This document shows, piece by piece, positions 25,963 through 30,280 of a stretch of DNA of 30,280 bases. The position numbers and the translations under genes were made by a program. A model generated the notes under the pieces. It saw nothing but the letters and a program-made list of their open reading frames with translations. It was not told the origin of the DNA and ran no database searches. Source of the DNA: an uncultured Bacteriovoracaceae bacterium (lineage in GTDB: Bacteria > Bdellovibrionota > Bacteriovoracia > Bacteriovoracales > Bacteriovoracaceae); assembly GCA_964012805.1 (NCBI GenBank), contig CAXGUD010000042.1, positions 1 through 30,280 of the forward strand, given 5' to 3'. How positions within the stretch are numbered: the stretch's first letter is position 1; each line of letters begins with the position of its first letter.

Positions 25963-26391
25963 ATGTCAGAAATCGCATTACTAAAAGCTCAACGCCTGCA
26001 ACAAAGAGAAACAATAAGGCACAACGCGAAACTCAAAAAGTTAAAAAACGAAAATAGGAAGGAGTATGAAAAAACGAGAACCTCTGGAAATAACGAAATA
26101 ATAAGAATGCAAGATCGTTTTGACTCCGAAAAATCAAATCTGAAAAACATCTTGGAAGAAAAATTATCAAAGCTTAGAGTCATTCAAAGCTCAAAGTATA
26201 TGGAAGAAAAAAAAAGGCTTGAGCTTGAAATTCTTAACTTAAAAAAAACTCATGATGATAAGATTTTAGAAATAAAACAAAACCAGGCTCTAGAGGTTGA
26301 AAGACTTCAAGAATCTCATAGAAAAACAATAGATCATGCGAGAGAAAAGTTCATTAAAGAAAAAATGAAATGGCAAACAATGGATGATTAA
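25963..26391 (+). CDS. hypothetical coiled-coil protein
   Basis: 142 aa, highly charged (K/E/Q/R) and helical. Co-oriented with the next gene. Confidence 0.7.
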   Translation: MSEIALLKAQRLQQRETIRHNAKLKKLKNENRKEYEKTRTSGNNEIIRMQDRFDSEKSNLKNILEEKLSKLRVIQSSKYMEEKKRLELEILNLKKTHDDKILEIKQNQALEVERLQESHRKTIDHAREKFIKEKMKWQTMDD

Positions 26392-26417
26392 AATAACCTT
26401 ATTTAGGGGAGATAACA

Positions 26418-26843
26418 ATGAATAAAGACACTTCAAATACTGTGTTTCTGAACGGGAAAAATAAACTAATAAAGATGTTTCAACTTTTGTCAGAAACAGA
26501 AAAAAACTCTCTCTTGAGTAAAGTTGGCCAGAAAAACCCCAAATTAGCTGAGGAGCTTAGGTTTAAAAGTATTACTTTTGAAAAGGTTTTCACTATCAAT
26601 GAAAAGGAGATAAGAATGCTTTTTCAGCAAGTAAATCCTTCCATTCTTGGAATTTCTTTAAAAGGATCCCCAATTAAATATCAAAAAAAAGTTCTTTCTT
26701 TGGCACCAAGAGAGTATGCAGAAAAAGCTTTTCAAATGATGACAAGTAAAATTAATGATGAGGATAACTCAATAATAAAATCTAGGCAGAAAGTTATAGA
26801 TTCTTTAGGGTCACTAAACAAAATGGGTCTTATCGAGTTTTAA
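26418..26843 (+). CDS. stand-alone FliG C-terminal-domain protein
   Basis: PKLAEELR...TFEKVFTINEKEIRMLFQQV...LGISLKG...KVLS resembles FliG_C. GGGGAG RBS. Confidence 0.72.
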   Translation: MNKDTSNTVFLNGKNKLIKMFQLLSETEKNSLLSKVGQKNPKLAEELRFKSITFEKVFTINEKEIRMLFQQVNPSILGISLKGSPIKYQKKVLSLAPREYAEKAFQMMTSKINDEDNSIIKSRQKVIDSLGSLNKMGLIEF

Positions 26844-26856
26844 CGTCCACCTATAT

Positions 26857-27351
26857 CTAGACCTTTTCCTTTTTTTTTCTATAATCGTCCAAGCTATTGT
26901 AAATTTCTTCAGTTGTTAAACCAATCGATTCATCATTTTGAAAATTATTTTTTTCTAAAAGATTATGACTTTCTAATACCTCTAATGTTTTATTTAAGCG
27001 ATCGCAAATAACTTTCATAAGATCCATCACCCAAGGTTCACACTTTCCTAATATTCCTTTAACTTCGCTTTTTTTGATTTTTATAACTTCCACTCTTCCA
27101 ATTGAAAACGAGGTATACTCATGCTCTTTATCTATAATTAAAGAGTTTAGACCTATAATATCTTTCTTTCCCATTATCTCTATTTTTTTTAGATTCATAT
27201 TTTCTTCTTTAACGAGAAGAACTTTTCCACTTTTTATTAAATAAAGATAATGAGATGGATCTCCTTCAGCAAAAAGGATATCACCATTACCAAAAATTAA
27301 TCTTCCTTCCTGAATTAAGCTTTCAGAATCTTCTTGATATAAATTTTTCAT
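26857..27351 (-). CDS. cyclic-nucleotide-binding domain (Crp/Fnr-like) protein without an obvious HTH
   Basis: GDILFAEGDPSHYLYLIKSGKV...DIIG cNMP beta-barrel. Start overlaps the ppx 3' end by 29 bp. Confidence 0.8.
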   Translation of the reverse strand: MKNLYQEDSESLIQEGRLIFGNGDILFAEGDPSHYLYLIKSGKVLLVKEENMNLKKIEIMGKKDIIGLNSLIIDKEHEYTSFSIGRVEVIKIKKSEVKGILGKCEPWVMDLMKVICDRLNKTLEVLESHNLLEKNNFQNDESIGLTTEEIYNSLDDYRKKKEKV

Positions 27352-28243
27352 CGATCTCTCCTCCTATGAGAGTCCCATACCTCAATCCCTTAGTAGATAT
27401 TATAACTTTTTTAACACCCAACCTTTGGCCGACCTCCATTCCAACAATTCCTCCTCCGGTAATTGTTTCGAATCTTTTTCCAATGATTGGAAACTCTTTC
27501 AAAATTTGAAAAGGCTGCATCTTATTCAATTTTGAGATAAACTTTTCAAATTTTATAAAGTCAAACTCATAACCATCAATTAATTTATCTCTATAAGTTT
27601 TTATCCCCTTCAGCATTGCTCCTAAAGACGTCATCGTTCCTGCAACACAAATTATTTCTTCAGTTTTATAGTTTTCAATTTTTTTTTCATTAAATATTGC
27701 GCCCAATTTTGATTCAAACGAATTACTTTTGATCCAATCTGTGGCCCTCACCGAACCAATAGGTAAACTTACTGAGGATAAAATTGTAAATGGATTAGTT
27801 TTAACTTTTATTATCTCTGTAGATGCTCCTCCGATGTCCAGTATTACTTTTTCTTCTCTATCATTACTCAGATAACCAGAAGCGATTCCCAAACCAGTGT
27901 AAAAAGCTTCTCCAGAAGCAGTAATAATATGTGTTGAAAAACCCAAATCATTTTTTATATTTTCGAAAAAGCTAGCTGCATTTTCAGCGACTCTTGAAGC
28001 TTCAGTAGCAGTAACAATAACCGATGAGATCTCAATATTTAATTTTTCCAGTTTTTTTTTGTAGCCTTTCAAAACCTTATAGGTATCTTCCATAGAGTTT
28101 TTTAAAAAAGATCCATTTTTATCTAAATCTTTTCCTAAGCCTGTTATATTAGCTTCACTCAGATGTTCGATAAATTCGCCATTTGAAATATTCCCTGCTA
28201 ACAAAAGGACACTATTTGATCCTATATCTATTGATGCTCTCAT
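27323..28243 (-). CDS. ppx: Ppx/GppA-family phosphatase (short form)
   Basis: IDIGSNSVLL, ATEASR, EAFYTGLG, DIGGASTE and GLRYG. Confidence 0.9.
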   Translation of the reverse strand: MRASIDIGSNSVLLLAGNISNGEFIEHLSEANITGLGKDLDKNGSFLKNSMEDTYKVLKGYKKKLEKLNIEISSVIVTATEASRVAENAASFFENIKNDLGFSTHIITASGEAFYTGLGIASGYLSNDREEKVILDIGGASTEIIKVKTNPFTILSSVSLPIGSVRATDWIKSNSFESKLGAIFNEKKIENYKTEEIICVAGTMTSLGAMLKGIKTYRDKLIDGYEFDFIKFEKFISKLNKMQPFQILKEFPIIGKRFETITGGGIVGMEVGQRLGVKKVIISTKGLRYGTLIGGEIDEKFISRRF

Positions 28244-28250
28244 TTTTCCC

Positions 28251-30280
28251 TCAAAATTTAAAAAGGTTCTTGAGTTTTTTCTTATTTAGAATTTTTTTTA
28301 TTTCTTTTTCAGCTTTTTTCTTAACTTCATTTTCAATTTTTTTCTTTTGTCTATTAATTTGCTTTTGTCCCTGATGTCGTACAAATTTCGAACTTATCTT
28401 TTTAGTGGTATAACTATAATTGGGAGAGACTGCAAGCTTGTTTGTCTTTAACAAAATAGGGACCGAATTAGAGCCTATTTGATTCTTTAAAACCCTTCCG
28501 AATCCTGTTTTATTATCGATAAAATTTAAATTAATGGCTCCTCTCTTTTTTCCATTGAAAGGGTACATATAACCTTTTCCGTTTATCTCAAAACTTTTAT
28601 TGTCTCCAAATATTAAGAAATTTACTATTTTCAATCGACTCTTAGAGTAATAAGCCTTAACTTTTAAATTGTCCAACCCACTCGAAAAAGTATATTTCTT
28701 ACGACTCATCTTATTTAGTAAATCAAGCCTCTCAATATAGCTTTGAGCATAAGAATTTATATTTAACTTTTCTATTTCTAAGTTACTTCCCTGACTCTCA
28801 AAAAAAATTTTCTTTATATCACTCTCCTGGAATGGAGAATTTGTTTTAAGTGCAAAAGATCCATTTGACTTTATACTCAAATTGCCTTTTATTTTGCCTA
28901 CATTTTTTGGAATTAATGCCTTAAAATCTTGGGCATCAAATTTTTCTAGGATAACTTTGTATTTTGAGTTTAAACTATTATTTTTTTTCTTTATTAAAGT
29001 ACTCAATTTAAGTTTCCCTTTACCATATTTTAAATTGAATTTCTTAATCGCAACTGAATTCTTTTTTGCTAAAAAGTATACTTCTGAATTTAAAGGATTG
29101 CCTAATAATCTTGTCTTCTTAACAGAAATTCTTAATTCATTAGGAGGGATATACGGTAGATCAAAACCCTTACTACTCTTAACTATAACATCTTTTTCAC
29201 TTTTAATTACTCTGCTTTCATTACTTTCCTTACCTTCCTTGCTTGCTTTACTTACCTTGCTTTTTTTACTCTCTTTACTTCCCTTGCTTACCTTACTATC
29301 TTTATTTTCATTACTATTCTTGATTTCATTGTTTAGCTTCTTTTCTTTTGTGATGATAAAACTATTCGGTATATTTATTCCATCGACGACTAAATTTGTT
29401 TTTATAAAAGGAATTTTTTTTGTATTTTTTATAAATCTATTTATATCAAAATCAGCGATAGACCTGAGCTTAACGGATCCATCTAAGCCATTAATTTTTG
29501 AGCTCAGCTTAAGTCCCCTTCTATTTAAAATAATATCTGCATTTATTTTAAAATTGTATAATTTATCCCTTTTATAGATTATTTTGGCGGTATTATTTAT
29601 TTTTATATCGGGATAAACATTACTCTTAATTATTTTTAATTTCCCATTTAAAAATACTAGCCCCTCTTCAAACTTTAAATCACCATAATCTTTTCTCTTA
29701 AAAATTTTATTAATATTTACTTTCAATTTAGAAATATTTAGATCAATAGATTTTTTAGCAATTTTAAAATCGGACTCCAGAAAGTCCTCATTATTCAATT
29801 TTGAGAATAAATTTCCATTAATATTACCCTCTTTACTCAAAATTAAATTAATCCCCCCTTCTAAAGGTGATAACCTAAATAAATTATTTTTAAAATTTAA
29901 AACTGAAAACTTCAAGTCGGCTTTAACAAGACCTTGATTCAACAATTCTTTAATACTGATCTTTCCACCTAAGTTAAAGTCTAAAAAATCCTTATTCCTT
30001 TCATTGTTTTTCTGTTTGAGATAAATTTTAGATAACAAATCTATTTCTATATTTTTATTTAATCCAATATTTCGAAAAGAAAGCTTTTCTATAATCACAC
30101 TCTTACTTTTTTTACCTTTCTCTAATAGAAGAAAATTCATTTTAAAAAGTGATATATTTACGTTTATATTTTTTAAAAAAGGAAGTAGAAGTTTGCCTTC
30201 AGATTTATTACTAATATTTTTGTCACTAATGCTCTCATTACTTACTTTATCACTGCTTACTTTATCACTGCTTACTTTAT
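28251..30280 (-). CDS. large AsmA-like beta-rich envelope protein, 5' end outside the window
   Basis: The frame stays open upstream of ATG 30140 to the window edge (KVSSDKVSSDKVSNESISDK...). Lys/Asn-rich alternating beta strands and a C-terminal helical tail. The AsmA assignment is by resemblance only. Confidence 0.6.
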   Translation of the reverse strand, partial: KVSSDKVSSDKVSNESISDKNISNKSEGKLLLPFLKNINVNISLFKMNFLLLEKGKKSKSVIIEKLSFRNIGLNKNIEIDLLSKIYLKQKNNERNKDFLDFNLGGKISIKELLNQGLVKADLKFSVLNFKNNLFRLSPLEGGINLILSKEGNINGNLFSKLNNEDFLESDFKIAKKSIDLNISKLKVNINKIFKRKDYGDLKFEEGLVFLNGKLKIIKSNVYPDIKINNTAKIIYKRDKLYNFKINADIILNRRGLKLSSKINGLDGSVKLRSIADFDINRFIKNTKKIPFIKTNLVVDGINIPNSFIITKEKKLNNEIKNSNENKDSKVSKGSKESKKSKVSKASKEGKESNESRVIKSEKDVIVKSSKGFDLPYIPPNELRISVKKTRLLGNPLNSEVYFLAKKNSVAIKKFNLKYGKGKLKLSTLIKKKNNSLNSKYKVILEKFDAQDFKALIPKNVGKIKGNLSIKSNGSFALKTNSPFQESDIKKIFFESQGSNLEIEKLNINSYAQSYIERLDLLNKMSRKKYTFSSGLDNLKVKAYYSKSRLKIVNFLIFGDNKSFEINGKGYMYPFNGKKRGAINLNFIDNKTGFGRVLKNQIGSNSVPILLKTNKLAVSPNYSYTTKKISSKFVRHQGQKQINRQKKKIENEVKKKAEKEIKKILNKKKLKNLFKF
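29205..29320 (-). repeat. degenerate 9-bp coding tandem repeats (xSK tripeptides)
   Basis: Encodes NSNENKDSKVSKGSKESKKSKVSKASKEGKESNES. Recurring CTTAC/CTTGC units on the + strand. Confidence 0.75.
30241..30280 (-). repeat. 15-bp tandem repeat CTTACTTTATCACTG (at least 2.7 copies, runs off the window), encoding KVSSD
   Basis: cttactttatcactg cttactttatcactg cttactttat is directly visible. Confidence 0.85.

Noticed and set aside
2055..29577. Short overlapping ORFs in the track (e.g. 2055-2252, 2188-2391, 3241-3531, 3685-3867, 4480-4698, 4758-4985, 7228-7473, 7470-7685, 9817-10104, 11099-11332, 12999-13247, 13665-13916, 14306-14503, 17207-17407, 18791-18988, 24210-24395, 24744-25007, 25488-25748, 25989-26183, 27255-27509, 28183-28374, 28882-29577)
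   Set aside because: They are antisense or alternate-frame shadows of well-supported genes, with no recognisable motifs. The Leu-rich 28882-29577 ORF is simply the antisense of the Ser/Lys repeat region.
29205..30280. Tandem repeats as a CRISPR array
   Set aside because: The units are 9-15 bp, contiguous without spacers, in frame within a CDS, and no cas genes are present.

Overview
AT-rich bacterial DNA; gene content and protein style suggest Bdellovibrionota (Bacteriovoracia-like), which is inference only. The window has four parts. (1) A tRNA-Ala(UGC) with a consensus sigma70 promoter, and a lipoprotein cyclophilin. (2) A minus-strand respiratory complex III-IV gene set in two halves. The half at 23.7-16.3 kb encodes a HEAT-repeat protein, a Tat Rieske protein, a split b6-type cytochrome b with the heme c_i Cys, subunit IV with an APWY Qo motif, a 970-aa octaheme cytochrome c, CoxIII and a small CxxC protein. 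The half at 7.3-0.8 kb encodes heme O synthase, CoxII, CoxI, a second CoxIII, a diheme lipoprotein cytochrome c, SCO, CoxIV and an unannotated 55-aa membrane peptide. (3) Between the halves (7.6-16.4 kb) lies a nine-gene tryptophan catabolic (kynurenine/2-aminomuconate) cluster with several animal-like enzymes. (4) The right end holds hypothetical proteins, a FliG-C-domain protein, a cNMP-binding protein, a Ppx/GppA and a 5'-truncated AsmA-like gene. The most notable signal is the A1-type oxidase: it keeps its D-channel and active-site residues but has Phe at the K-channel lysine, and subunit II lacks the K-channel entry Glu. No mobile element or CRISPR array was seen.
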